Assembly: GCF_963921235.1 (NCBI RefSeq)
Contig: NC_086097.1
Location: forward strand, 10,292,001 to 10,356,000
Source of the DNA: Mobula hypostoma
Taxonomy: Eukaryota
Direction: 5' to 3'
Length of the DNA: 64,000 nt
Shown: positions 25,716 through 39,758 of the stretch, in pieces
Layout of the letters: the number at the start of each line of letters is the position of its first letter
How positions within the stretch are numbered: position 1 is the stretch's first letter
The notes under the pieces: generated by a model
The model's input: the letters and a program-made list of their open reading frames with translations, nothing else
The model's database searches: none
Told to the model about the DNA's origin: nothing
Position numbers and translations under genes: made by a program

Positions 25716-27609
25716 TATGTTTCAATGTACAATTGATAAATAAACTTGGATCTTGACATTCCATTCCCCAATACTGAAATGCCATGCACTAGGGAGTGAA
25801 AAATTCATCAGGCTGAAAAACAACAGTAGATCACTTCAGCAATTACACTGCACAATACTGGCGGAGGAATGTTGATGTTTTTATCCGAATTTCCTCTCTC
25901 TGTTTAAAATAGCAGACATAGGCAGTTTAAGGTTTGGAGATTCACTATCCGTTATGTATTTTGAAATAGTTACACTTCACATCTGTTAACAATAAAAAGT
26001 TTTCAACACTATTTCAACCTTTTTTCAGTCCAGCTGCCTGGTGTAGAATTCCCTGTGTTTGTTTTAAAACACATTTTGTGGTTTTAAAAGATTTATAGAA
26101 CAAGGGAAGCATGATAAACATACTGTGCTTGATTTTCCAAATTATTTGTGGTTGTATAAACAGACAATTATTCAGTTTCTCATCCACCCCCAGGTTAACA
26201 TTTCATTCAATATGCATGAATCGTTGTAACTATTATTTATTACAGAGTGTATATAAATCAACGTTACATTACAATATGGAACAATTAATATTGAACAAGT
26301 CATGGAGGTTTCCTCAAGTCATTTTTCTCCTGTTGAAGGTTGCTGTTGTTAATTGGCAGAATTCTGTATATAATGTAATCCTTCTGGAACCACAGAATCC
26401 AGGAAATATCATACATGTGAAATAATAATTTTAAGAAGCAATGTTTCTTCTGTGGCTTGCTTAAATTGAATCATTTTGGGAAGCTGACCAATATTTAAAC
26501 CTCAAATCAATTTTACAAGGACAAGTTGTGCCAGGAAAAGCCTAATAGGTGATCTCTGTGATATCTGGGCAGTAGTTGCTGCCATTGTGAACCTACATTA
26601 GCAAACTTTACCGATTCATTATTATATGCTCTGCCAAGGCATATAAGGGAAAACCCAGCGTCTAGGGATTTGGAATGTGAGGATGGTTGTCAAGGAGCTT
26701 AAATGTGGCCCGTGGTCGAGGGGGCTGACACCATAAAACTATAAGAACATAAGATATGCGAGCAGGATTAGACCATTTGACCCATCAAGTCTGCTCTGAC
26801 ATTCCATCATGACTGATTTATTATTTCTCTCAACCTCATTTCCTACCTTCTCTCCGTAACCTTTGATGCCCTAAATAATCAAGAACATATGAACCTCCAT
26901 TAAGTATATCCATAATTCAAGTTTAATACTCATGAATTCAGCTAAACAAAATAGCATTACTCCAGGGCCAAGGTGCAAAACACAGAACCAACAGTCACAC
27001 ACAGCACAAGGTGCATATAGCACATAGCAAGCACATATAAGATGGCAGTAACTGTCACACAAAAACATATATAGTTCAAGATCCTGTGCCCATGAATGTT
27101 GCAGAAATATGTGATTGAACACAAAACAGTTTGACTTCTGCCAAGCAAGCACTGGGGGGCAGAACCAACTCCAGCTCAGATGCCGGACCGTAACGCCTCC
27201 GACTTGTCTCTCCTGTGAGGCTGTAAACAGGCAACACCGCACAATGAACTGGCCTGCACAGCCATCTTTGGCAATGAATTCCACAGATTGACCACCCTCT
27301 GGCTAAAGAAATTCCTTCTCATCTCTGTTCAAAATGGACATTCCTCAATTCTGAGGCTGCGCTTCTGGTCGTAGACTGCCCCACTATAGGAAGTATCATC
27401 TCGACATCGACATAAGTTTTTCAATATTTGATAGGTTTCAATGAGATCTCCGCTCATTCTTCTAAACTCCATTGAGTACAGACCAAGAGCCATCAAAAAC
27501 TCTATATATGTTAACTTTCCATTTCTGGAAACACTCCTTTGAATCTCTTCTGGACTGTCTCCAATGCCAGCACATCCTTTCTTAGATAAGGGGCTTTAAA
27601 TGAATTAGA

Positions 27610-28500
27610 ATCAGAATCAGAGAGAGTAGAGCAGTGGGCTAACCACGCATCCCTGAGATGCACCAGTGTTGATCGCCAGCGAGGAGGATATGTTATCACC
27701 AATCCGCACAGATTGTGGTCTTCCAGTTAGGAAGTCAAGGATCCAGTTGCAGAGGGAGGTATAAAGAGGCCCAGGTTCTGCAACTTCTCAATCAGGATTG
27801 TGGGAATGATGGTATCAAGTGCTGAGCTATAGTCAATGAATAGCATCCTGACGTAGGTGTTTGTGTTGTTCAGGTGGTCTAAAGCCATGTGGAGCCATTG
27901 AGATTGCATTTCCCATTGACCTATTGTGGCAATAGGCAAATTGCAATGGGTCCAGGTCCTTGCTGAGGCAAAATTTCAGTCTAGTCATGACCAACCTCTC
28001 AAAGCATTTCATCACTGCTGATGTGAGTGCTAGCGGGTGATAGACATTAAGGCAGCCCTATTATTCTGCTTAGGCACTGGTATAGTTGCTGCCTTTTTGA
28101 AGCAAGTGGGAACTTCCGCCCATAGCAGTGAGAGGTTGAAAATGTCCTTGAATACTCCCGCCAGTTGGTTGGCACAGGTTTTCAGAGCCTTACCAGGTAC
28201 TTCCGCCTTGCGAGGGTTCACTCTCTTTAAAGACAGTCTAACATCAACCTCTGAGATGGAGATCACAGGGTTATCAGGTGCAGCAGGGATCTTCACAGCT
28301 GTAGTTGTGTTCTCCCTTTCAAAGCGTGCATAGAAGGTGTTGAGTTCATCTGGTAGAGAAGCATTGCTGCCATTCATGCTATTGGGTTTCACTTTGTAGG
28401 AAGTAATGTCTTCTAGACCTTGCCAGAGATGCCATGGATCTAATGTCGCCTCCAACCTCATTCGAAATTGTCTCTTTACTCTGGAAATAGCCCTTAGCAA
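27610..28500 (-). mobile_element. Rex1/Babar-like LINE internal fragment
   Basis: [43 protein letters not shown]. Confidence 0.85.
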
Positions 28501-30480
28501 ATCATAGCTGGTTCATTTTCTGATACAGGCCTGGGTCGCCAAATTTGAATGCCACAGCCTTCAGCAGGACATTGTATGAGTGTAAACATTACACCTCTTT
28601 GGTAGCCCAGAGATAATCGGTGGCTTGGAGATTGGCACCCTAGGATTGGCAGGGTCTCGGGTAGGGATGGGTGAAGTTTGAGACCTTGCTTGGAGAATTT
28701 TGAAGAGATAAAGATTAGCTTTATTTGAAACATGTACATTGAAACATTCATTGAAATACATTGTTTTTATCAAATCACATCAGTGAGGATTGTGCTAGAC
28801 AGCTGCAAGCGTGCCCAAGCTTCCGGTGCCAATATGGCATGCACACTACTTACTCATATTCACTGTACGTCTTTGAAATGTGAGAGGAAACTGGAGTACC
28901 CGAAAGAAACCCACACCATCATGGGGAGAATGTACAAACTCCTTACAAACAGCGGTGGGAATTGAATCTCGATCGTTGAAAACTAGCTCTGGAAAGCAAC
29001 GCACTAAGTGAGTTTGGAATGTTGCAAGTGGGTCAGAGTCTGAGGGAACGGTGTTTGGTTGACAAGGTCTGGATTGACTTGGAGACCAGGAGATGAGGAT
29101 AATTTGGGTTGGGAGAACAGGGAAGGCTATTATTGTCTCCTTAATGAGGGACAACCCAAATCATGAGAGGTAAGTAATAGGAGTTGCCTTAGATGGAACC
29201 CTGCCAGGAACAGAATTATTACAATTAAATTATCCCTGGAGTGTCCAACAATATGCACTTCAGGGAAAACATAGACGCATTTCCTTCCAGTGCTCCAAAA
29301 CAATATTGCACAGGAAATAATGTAATTAGATGCACACATGATGGAAAAATTGCATGGTATACGAGCCTGATAGGCAGTAGGAAAAGTACCCTTTTTGAAG
29401 TCATAAGAAAGAAATCGTAGCCATTTTTGTGATTAACTCTGGATGAAGCCCATTCCAAATCTTGTCATGTTTTAATAAACAGTCCTGTTGTATTGACTTC
29501 TGAGCATTCACCTCATCATCAGCTATTGGCTGTGTATGATGTCTTACATTGCAACAGTTAATTTCTATATTTCCCAGAGCCTTATTATGATGACTGTTCT
29601 TCTAAAGTTTACCATTGACTGCCAAGCATCCATTAAACATTGGCACCTCTTGTATTTATGAAAGGGATTATAGTAAAAGTTTGTCTATCTACCACAATAC
29701 CAACTAATTCACTCCAGTAATGAGTATTTCCAAAGGTATACACATGCCAACACAGGGACAGCTCTTAGGCTGAGCCTGGGACTGAGCTGAGGGATTAAGT
29801 GTGAGCCCAGGACGATAGCATTGACAACCTGCTGGCATTACAGATCAAAGTTCAAAGTACATTCATTCTTAAAGTATGTTTACAAGTATTTTCATTCATC
29901 CATACATGAACACCAATGAATACAGCCAAATGAAACAGCATTACTCTGGGGCCAAAACACATTACCATCAGTCATATACTGCAAAAGGCACATAAGGGCG
30001 CAGTAATATTCAGTCCCACAAAAAAATAGTCTCAGTCCCTGAGACCTTGAACACAGCAGCAGTCTGCAATCGAACACAATACAGCCTGTCTTCTGCCGAC
30101 TGAACATCAGGGGTAGAACTGACTCCAGCTTGGACATCACACCGCACACCCTCTGGTGGAGTGTACTGACTTGGACAGTTTGGACATCACACCACACACC
30201 CTCCGGTGGAGTGCACTGACTCGGGTAGCTTGAGGACTAGTCCTCACAGTGACTGAGGCCACGCAGCACCTCTGCCTTCTCCCCTCCCATTGGTCATTAA
30301 ATCAGTGGATTGGACTTGCAGCATTCCACAGTGACAATGCAATCAGAAGAAAAGTGATTAAGACAATCCCTCGCTGTTAGACTGCACTGACTCCTCTGAC
30401 ATGGGTAGCAGCACGATCTTCTCAAAGTACAAATGCTTCACTTTCTCTGCCAATGAACAACTCGCTGATGGGGTAGACCT

Positions 30481-33400
30481 AGAAACATAGAAAAGCTACA
30501 GCACAATACAGGCCCTTCGGCCCACCATGCTGTGCCGAACATGTCCTTACCTTAGAAATTACCTAGGGTTACACATAGCCCGTTATTTTTCTAAGCTCCA
30601 TGTACCCATCCAGGAATCTCTTAAAAGACCCTATCGTATCTGCTTCCACCACCGTCGCCGGCAGCCCATTCCACGCACTCACCACTCTCGGCGTAAAAAA
30701 CTTACGCCTGACATCTCCTCTGTACCTTCTATCAAGCACCTTAAAACTATGCCCTCTCATGCTAGTCATTTCAGCCCTGGGAAAAAGCCACTGACTATTC
30801 ACGCGATCAATGCCTCTCCTCATCTTATACACACTATCCAGTCACTTCTCATCCTCCGTCGCTCCAAGGAGAAAAGGCCAAGTTCACTCAATCTATTCTC
30901 ATAAGGCATGCTCACCAATCCAGGCAACATCCTTGTAAATCTCCTCTGCACCCTTTCTATAGTTTCCACATCCTTCCTGTAGTGAGGTAACCAGAACTGA
31001 GTACAGTACTCCAAGTGGGGTCTGACCAGGGTCCTATATAATTGTAACATTACCTCTCACCTCGTAAACTCAATCCCACGATTGATGAAGGCCAATACAC
31101 CGCATGCCTTCTTAACCACAGAGACAACCTGCTCAGCAGCTTTGAGTGTCCTATGACCTCTGATCCCAAGATCCCTCTGATCCTCCATACTGCCAGGAGT
31201 CTTACCATTAATACTATATTCTGCCATCATATTTGACCTACCAAAATGAACCACTTCACACTTATCTGGGTTGAATTCCATCAACCACTTCCCAGCCCAG
31301 TTTTGCATCCTATCGATGTCCCACTATAACCTCCGACAGCCCTCCACTCTATCCACAACACCCCCAACCTTTGTGTTATCAGCAAATTTACTAACCCATC
31401 CCTCCACTTCCACATCCAGGTCATTTATAAAAATCATGAAGAGAAGGGGTCCCAGAACAGATCCCTGAAGCACACCACTGGTCACCAACCTCCATGCAGT
31501 ATATGGCCCATCTACAACTACTGTTTGCCTTCTGTTGGCAAGTCAGTTCTGGATCCACAAAGCAAGGTCCCCTTGGATCCCATGCCTCCTTACTTTCTCA
31601 ATAAGCCTTGCTTGGGGTATCTTATCAAATGCCTTGCTGAAATCCATACACACTATATATCCTGCTCTACCTTCATCAATGTGTTTCATCACGTCCTCAA
31701 AAATTTCAATCAGGCTCCTAAGGCACGACCTGCTTTTGACAAAGCCATGCTGACTACTCCTAATCATATTATGCCTCTCCAAATGTTCATAAATCCTGCC
31801 TCTCAGGATCTTTTCCATCAACTTACTAACCACTGAAGTAAGACTCACTGGTCTATAATTTCCTGGTCTATCTCTATTCCCTTTCTTGAATCAGGGAACA
31901 ACATCTGCAACCCTCCAATCCTCCAGAACCTCTCCCATCCCCTTTGGTGATGCAAAGATCTTTGCCAGAGGCTCAGCAATCTCCTTCCTCACCTCCCACA
32001 GTATTCTGTGGTACATATAGTCCGGTCCGGAGACTTATCCAACTTGATGCTTTCCAATTTTTGGATTTTCAAAAGGCTTTTGATAAGGTCCCACACAGGA
32101 GATTAGTGTGCAAACTTAAAGCACACGGTATTGGGGGTAAGGTATTGGTGTGGGTGGAGAATTGGTTAGCAGACAGGAAGCAAAGAGTGGGAATAAACGG
32201 GACCTTTTCAGAATGGCAGGCAGTGACTAGTGGGGTACCGCAAGGCTCAGTGCTGGGACCCCAGTTGTTTACAATATATATTAATGACTTGGATGAGGGA
32301 ATTAAATGCAGCATCTCCAAGTTTGCGGATGACACGAAGCTGGGTGGCAGTGTTAGCAGTGAGGAGGATGCTAAGAGGATGCAGGGTGACTTGGATAGGT
32401 TGGGTGAGTGGGCAAACTCATGGCAGATGCAATTTAATGTGGCTAAATGTGAAGTTATCCACTTTGGTGGCAAAAATAGGAAAGCAGATTATTATCTGAA
32501 TGGTGGCCGATTAGGAAAAGGGGAGGTGCAACGGGACCTGGGTGTCATTATACACCAGTCATTGAAAGTAGGCATGCAGGTACAGCAGGCGGTGAAAAAG
32601 GCGAATGGTATGCTGGCATTTATAGCGAGAGGATTCGAGTACAGGAGCAGGGAGGTACTACTGCAGTTGTACAAGGCCTTGGTGAGACCACACCTGGAGT
32701 ATTGTGTGCAGTTTTGGTCCCCTAATCTGAGGAAAGACATCTTTGCCATAGAGGGAGTACAAAGAAGGTTCACCAGATTGATTCCTGGGATGGCAGGTCT
32801 TTCATATGAAGAAAGACTGGATGAACTGGGCTTGTACTCGTTGGAATTTAGAAGATTGAGGGGGGATCTGATTGAAACGTATAAGATCCTAAAGGGATTG
32901 GACAGGCTAGATGCGGGAAGATTGTTCCCGATGTTGGGGAGGTCCAGAACGAGGGGTCACAGTTTGAGGATAGAGGGGAAGCCTTTTAGGACCGAGATTA
33001 GGAAAAACTTCTTCACACAGAGGGTGGTGAATCTGTGGAATTCTCTGCCACAGCAAACTGTTGAGGCCAGTTCATTGGCTATGTTTAAGAGGGAGTTAGA
33101 TATGGCCCTTGTGGCTACAGGGGTCAAGGGGTATGGAGGGAAGGCTGGGTTCTGAGTTGGATGATCAGCCATGATCATAATAAATGGCGGTGCAGGCTCG
33201 AAGGGCCGAATGGCCTACTCCTGCACCTATTTTCTATGTTTCTATGTTTCTAAAAGTTCCAATACATCCTCTTTCTTAATGTCCATCTGCCCAAGCTTTT
33301 CAATCCGCTGTAAGTCATCCCTACAGTTGCCAAGATCCTTTTCCACAGTGAATGTTGAAGCAAAGATTTTATTAAGTACCTCAGCTATCTCCTCCAGTTC

Positions 33401-33660
33401 CATACACACTTTTCCACTGTCACACTTGATTGGTCCTATTCTCTCATGTCTTATCCTCCTGCTCTTCAGATACTTGAGGAATGCCTTGGAGTTTTCTTTA
33501 ATCCTGCTCACCAAGGCTTTCTCATGGCCCCTTCTGGCTCTCCTAATTTCATTCGTAAGCTCCATCCTGCTAGCCTTATAATTTTCTAGATCTCTATCAT
33601 TACCTAGTTTTTTGAACCTTTCATAAGCTTTTCTTTTTTTCTTGACTAGATTTTCAACAG
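30481..33660 (-). mobile_element. CR1/HER1-like LINE (same subfamily as 4663-6710) interrupted by a younger CR1
   Basis: Minus-strand ORFs 33242-33853, 31543-31848, 31057-31308, 30820-31050, 30569-30832; host rejoins as TTTCC|AAAAGTTCC. Confidence 0.93.
32058..33251 (+). mobile_element. Young CR1 LINE, 5'-truncated, with uninterrupted RT C-terminal ORF
   Basis: Stop-free from FLDFQKAFDKVPH through PQGSVLGP and FADD to stop at 33155; (TTTCTATG)n tail. Confidence 0.95.
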
Positions 33661-34667
33661 TACTGCAGTACTTTAAGACCTTAATGTTCAGCAGGGTCTT
33701 GCGATCATCAAAAATTATGTTTAAAAAGGCAATAACACCTTTCGGTTGACCCATAGAAGCCGCTGTGATTGAACATTCTGCTATCTTTTTTATACAACCT
33801 CGAGATTCATCTTCTTCCATGCACCCACAAAACAAAGACTGCCAAATATCCAATGTGAGTGAAAAGAACAGATCATGTAATCAATAGAGAAATGTAAACC
33901 AATAATATACATGCAGAGCATGAACTACAGAGTCACTGAAGCAGAATTCAAGCCGTCACTAGTCCGGGCTGAAAGAATACTCATGTTGGCACTGGGAAGG
34001 CACTGAGTGAACGCCAGGAGAACACCTGGGAGAACTTGTGACCTTACTTGGGGCAGTGTTGGGGGAAACTTGGGTTAGCATTGGAACAGGTACAGAGGCG
34101 TATTCAGGCAGACTGACATACTTGATTAATCAGAATCTGTCAGGACTGGCATGTGGTGGATAATTGAGCTTTTATTGGACATAAATTGAAGTATTTCTTA
34201 TTTGCCTTTTTTGGTATTAGGCAGTGAGTGGCTGATGGTCTGAATTCTTTTAAAATGGATTAAGTTCTCCTCTAAAATATCAGCCATACAAATGGATTTG
34301 TTTTACGCAAATATCACCATCCACCATTTCCTGTTCACTGTTGCTTAGATAAAGATTTACATTTACCATGCTTTCTCCTTGATGCATCTGTAATATTCAA
34401 GCTCTCTATTGAAAGTGAGCCTTTGACTTTTAAACTGGTTTATACATTCACTGCAACTTTGAAGCAGGGACCAACTGAACCAACAGAACGGAGTTATGTG
34501 CACAGTTAACTGTTTTTTTTAAGTATACACAATTTCCAAAGATCCTGTCTGTAACATATGTGCTATATTAAAATTTGATTTGGACAATATTTATTGCTTT
34601 CAACATTTAAGGATTATGTTAAATGACTAACTGTTCTCTGGGTTAAAAATTTCTTTATGCATTTTAT

Positions 34668-34835
34668 ATAAAAGAAACCCCAGGAAGACAGATGGCTGAT
34701 ATTGGACACTCTTTCGCTAATAACATTATCATTGTTAATGATTTGAATCCGTGACTATTTTTCCAGAATGTTAGACAGTGGCTGAGAGACATGCAGAGAC
34801 ATTTTCCCTTGAATATAAATAGTAGAAGATTTGGA
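34668..34835 (+). pseudogene. Possible decayed Rab1-like small GTPase remnant
   Basis: One frame reads IKETPGRQ...ANNIIIVNDLNP*LFFQNVRQWLRDMQRHFPLNINSRRFG, aligning with recalled Rab1 IWDTAGQE...[40 protein letters not shown]. Confidence 0.45.
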
Positions 34836-34892
34836 CTGCCGGGGACAAGAGGCATTTGTAGACAGAGTTCCTCTTGTCTTAACCTACTACTC

Positions 34893-35890
34893 CATGAGCC
34901 TCTGCATCCAACACATCACTCTCCACAACTTCCGCCATCTCCAAAGGGATCCTACCACCAAGAACATCTTTAACTAACGCCCCACCCCCCAACTTTCTGC
35001 TTTCCGCATGGATCGCTCCCTCCATGATTCTTTGTCCATTTGTCCCTGTCAACTAATCTCCCTCCTGGAAATTATCCTGCAAGGCACCAAAATGCTACAC
35101 CTGCCCCTCCATCTCCATTCAGGGCCCCCAGACAGTCCTTCCAGGTGAGGCAAAACATCCCTTGTGAATATGTTGAGATTGTCTGTTGTATCTGGTGTTT
35201 CTGATGTGGTGTCTACATGGGTGAGACTCATCACTAATTGGGGGATCGCTTTGTCAAGCACCACTGTTCCATCTGCCAAAAGCAGAATTACCTGGTGGCT
35301 GAATATTTTAATTCCATTTCCCATTCCCATTCTGACATGTTAGTCTATGGCTTCCTCTTTTGCCACGATGAGGCTACCCTCAGGGTGGAGTAGCAACACC
35401 TCATATTCCATCTGGGTAGCCTCCAACCCGATGGCATGAATATCAATTTCTCCTTCTGGTAATTGTTTTTTCCCTCCCCCCTCCCTTTTCTTCTATTTCT
35501 CACTCTGGCCTCATCACCTATCCATCATTTCCCTCTGGATACCCTGCATCTTCCCTTTCTCCCATGGTCCACTCTCCTCTCCTATCAGATTCCTTCTTCT
35601 CCAGCCCTTTACCCTTCCCACCTGCACAGCCTCACCTATAACTTTCTAGCCACCCTCCTTTCCCTTCCCTCACCTTTTTACTCTGACATCTCCAGCCCTT
35701 TACCTTTCCTACCCATCTGGCTTCACATATCACATTCTAGCTATCCTCCTTCCCCTGCCCACACCTTTTTATCCTGGTGTCTTCCCCTTCTTAGTCCCAA
35801 TGAAGCTTAAAATGTCAACTGTTAATTCATGTCTATAGATGCTGCCTGGCCTGTTGAGTTCCTCCAGCATTTTGTGTGTGTGTGTGTGTG
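34893..35890 (+). mobile_element. Decayed Penelope-like fragment (GIY-YIG region and tail)
   Basis: Homologous to 41660-42647 (CAGTCCTTCCAGGTGAGGCAA, GGTAGCCTCCAACC). Confidence 0.8.
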
Positions 35891-38679
35891 CTGCTTTATA
35901 GATTACAGTCTGGGTGCCATCTTTTCAGTCATATACCATTCACTGTCTAAGTGATTAAAATCAGAAACCAGAAAGGGTTCAGTTGTTCAATACTTCAGAT
36001 TAATATCAGAATTTATACAGTATAGAAGCTGAAATCCTTACTCTTCACAGATATCCATGAAACATAAAAAACCCTAAAGAATGAATGGTAGAAAAATCCT
36101 CCCCAGAGCCTCCCACCCCCTCCCACATATAAACAGTAGCAAAAAGCATCAGCCCTCCCACTCCCACTCCCTCCACTTGTTCCAGAAAACCATCCACCAT
36201 ACAAGTAATAGCAAAGCTCCCAAGGACCATAATCTAGAGTCAATCGAAAACCTACTGTCCAGGCAACACTCTGACATCTCAGACAGGCTCCCTATCTCAC
36301 TAGAGCGGGAGAAAGAGAGACCTTACTCCTATCACAGTGAGAGGGGAGGCCATCAGCTTGCTGTTTCGTGGTTACAATCTGCCATGTCACTTCAATGAGT
36401 CCGCCTTACTCCCCAACTCGAGGTCCAATAGGTTCTCACTCACCATCAAGAGAGAAAGCAAGAGAGAGAGAATGCAGGGGCCTTCCATCAGTTGCGCACA
36501 CCACCCGCTGTCTTGATGTTTCAATCTCTGACGCTGCTTCAGTCGACAACATCGGTGAGGAATTGAGTCATCCACAGGCCCACTTTCCACTTTGAGGGAT
36601 AGAGTGGGTGATCTGTAAGCTACTCCAATGTGATTATTTGAAAATCCATTTAGGTTTCTAATACACTTCAAACTCATAAGATAGGGTATTGTTAGAATCA
36701 GAGAATGTGCTTCAGGTTTTGTTCTTTAACGGAAAACCATGGCTAGGGTGGGGGCAGGGAAAAATAGTAGTTAGTGTAAAGTTAATACAGTGCCAGTGTT
36801 CACTGATTGGAGTTCAAATCCTACCACTGCCTGTAAGAAGTTTATACGTTGTATCAGTGATTACATGGGTTTCCTCCAGGTGCTCTGGTTTCCTCCTACA
36901 TTCCAAAGATGCACAGTTAAGGTTAATAAGTTGTGGCATACTATGTTTGTGCTGGAAGCATGGTGACACTTGCAGGCTGCCCAGAGCTGTGCATTTAATA
37001 TATCAGTAATATTTGAACAATACTGTGAGCATGTTATTTGATTGAGCATTTTTTGTTGCTTAAATGATTCATTATGGTTTTATATATGAAGAATCTGAAT
37101 TACATATGTCATCACTCCACCACATCATATGTGCGTACTTTGCTTAAAGCAAAACTAAAATGTACACAAATTATTCCCAGCTCAGTGTTTTCCTGTCAAT
37201 TAGTTTTATGTTTTGGAGTTACAAAACATAGAAGTGGTGACAAAGAGGCTTTAAGTGAACATGAGATGATTACCTACTTGTTAAAAATACAGCAAGATGT
37301 TTGAGTTTAGAAAAAAACATAGTGAGAAATGGTTGAGTAAAAAAAACAGCGCAGTATACCCTTCTTCAGAAAAGCACATGGTCAAGCTTTAAAGAAAAGG
37401 CAGAAAATGGACAAATTCGCAGATTCATAAACGGTGAGTAACAGGTGACAATAATCATTTTTTAAAAAGCTGAAATGGCCAACTACATCACAAAGATTGA
37501 CGCATTTCACAAGAGATAACTGGCTCATGTACACTGCTCTAATTCAACAGTGTTTTGAAGCAAGTGAAATAGCCAGTGAGAAATGAGTACCAGTTCTGCT
37601 GAGTCCATTGGATTTAAAGCCTTACAGTTTGCTTAGACACTTGACTGCTCAAATCAGATTATCATTGCTGATCTTATGAGAAATATCTAGAACTGAAACC
37701 ATTGTTGATTGCAGAATGCTTTAGGTTTCATAAGTAGAATCAAAAGGAAGGGGAGACCACTTCGGGATATGTGGCTGAATTGAAAAGATTGTCTGAGCGT
37801 TGTCAGTTCAGTGATGGCCTAGATGCACTGAGAGATTGTTTAGTTTGTGGAATCTCACAAAAAAAGCATTCAAAAACGGCGCCAACTGAAGCACAACTTA
37901 CATTTAAAAGAGAAGTTAAAATTGCTGTTTCAATGGAAACTGGAGACAGAGATAAAATTAAGTTGCAGTCAGGAATGAAAGGGAGCATGAACAAAATTAC
38001 TACATCTAAACAGAAGTTGGTCAGGCCAAATGAATTGTGTTACCGTTGTGGCAGGGGCTCAGAAACAAAAACCAATGCAGGGTTTAAAGGCAAACTTGTA
38101 TAAAATGCAACAAATACAAAGAGCTTTTCAGGCAGACTAAAATAAATGGACTCTACAGGGAAGAGAAAAAGCTAAAAAGTCAAGTTACAGTTTCAACAAG
38201 AGCTCTAATCTGCATGCTGTTGATTAAAAAAAACATGATAATGATGAGAGTGACACAGGACTGGGTACACTTGAGACTTACATTGTGAAAACTAACAAGA
38301 GACAAGCAATATGGCGTACATCAGAAGTGAACAGCAAATTGTTTAAAATGGAACTGGACACTGGCTCGGCTATTTCGGTTATTCCACAAAATGAGTTTTA
38401 ATGGCATTTCACAGATATGGAACTGAAGGTTGCAGATATCCAATGAAGAACTGATACTGGGGAAAGATAACTCCTGTGGGAATGACATCCATAACAGTGA
38501 AATACAGCAACCAACAAGTCTGCTTGGGCTCGCCTGTAAAAACAGGAGGATCAGCATTGTGGGGCTGTGATTGGCTGAGACAACTACAACTTGATTGGAG
38601 AGGTACCCACCAGTTACATGCTACATCCCCTGAAATAGAGTTAACTGAAAGTGAGTTACTGGATGACGCCACAACTGTC

Positions 38680-39758
38680 TCCATGTTGTACACCAGGAAC
38701 CATTGCCCAACAGAGGGCAAACAGGTGGTTAGTGCCAATGTCTGTGCCTCTGGTTGGAAAGCATATTGAACCAAGGAAGGACCATGCTGCTCAGAAGAAT
38801 CATGAAAATGACAAAAGCAGTGGTTCGACTTTAACTGTTCATGTAGGCAACATATCTGAGAAAGCTTCTGATCTGTAAATCAGGCAATAATTTGCAAAAT
38901 GTGGCTTGGTTTTACCCAAAAAGAGAGTTCAGGGAGTTTAAGAAAAGTTGCAAACATTCAGCTTTTGTGAGTAAAAAGAACCAGAAACTACTCCGCACGC
39001 ATTAAGGTTATTGCATGAGCTTCAAGTGGCAGACAAAAAGGTGCTTGCAAAAGTAGAGGTAAAGACCAAAGTCCGGCTGGATGCATGGAAGGTCAAAAAG
39101 ACAGGAGTCAATGGGGAAAGGAAAACAGAGGATTTGTCAGATGATGTGGATGAGGAAACCAAGAGGAGTGATCAGATTGTAAAGGGAGCAACAGAAGGAT
39201 TAAAAAGTAGAATACTCCAGTGAATTAAACGCATCATACCAAGATTAAGAGTCACATCCAAGAAAGAAGAAAAAAGAGAAGAAAGAGGAAGGTGATATAT
39301 GTGCTATGGAAATGGAAGAGGATAATGATAGCAACCTTGAGAAATTATCAAATGCAGAGAACTCATGCACGTTCTCATTTTTACTTTAAGCGGGGTGAAC
39401 ATGTATAATGCAGAGTCAGGTTGACATATGCCACTCACATAGAAATTAGAAGAAGAATGGGAGGTGAGAGACAGAAAGACAACAAGTTGCAAAGGAGAGA
39501 AAGGATGGAGAGAAAGAAAGTGAATGAGAAAGGGAAAGGTGGGAAATAGAGAAGGAACATGAAAAAGAAAAAATGCAGGATTAGGACCGTGAGTAAGACC
39601 ATAATATGGATCGTAAGAGAAAGAAGGATAAATAAAGGGAGCGCGACTGAGAAAGAAACTGAGAACTGGATAAAGAGTGAGAAAGATGCAGGGACCAGAA
39701 GAGAAACAAGGATCAAAGTAAATCCAGAGAAAAAAGCCAAGAAAAGGAGAAGAAAAGT
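38680..39758 (+). pseudogene. RBM25: Processed RBM25 pseudogene fragment (RRM and RE/RD-rich region) inside the Gypsy provirus
   Basis: One frame: VGKHIEPRKDH...TVHVGNISEKASDL*IRQ*FAKCGLVLPKKRVQGV*EKLQTFSFCE*KEPETTPHALRLLHELQVADKKVLAKVEVKTK...DEETKRSDQIVKGA; after a frameshift EYSSELNA...HPRKKKKEKKEE...MEMEED. Matches recalled vertebrate RBM25. Confidence 0.9.

Noticed and set aside
31944..33155. 403-aa ORF (also 52729-53523 and 55813-56394) as a novel gene
   Set aside because: The N-termini are read-through from the host CR1 across an insertion junction; the rest is truncated CR1 ORF2
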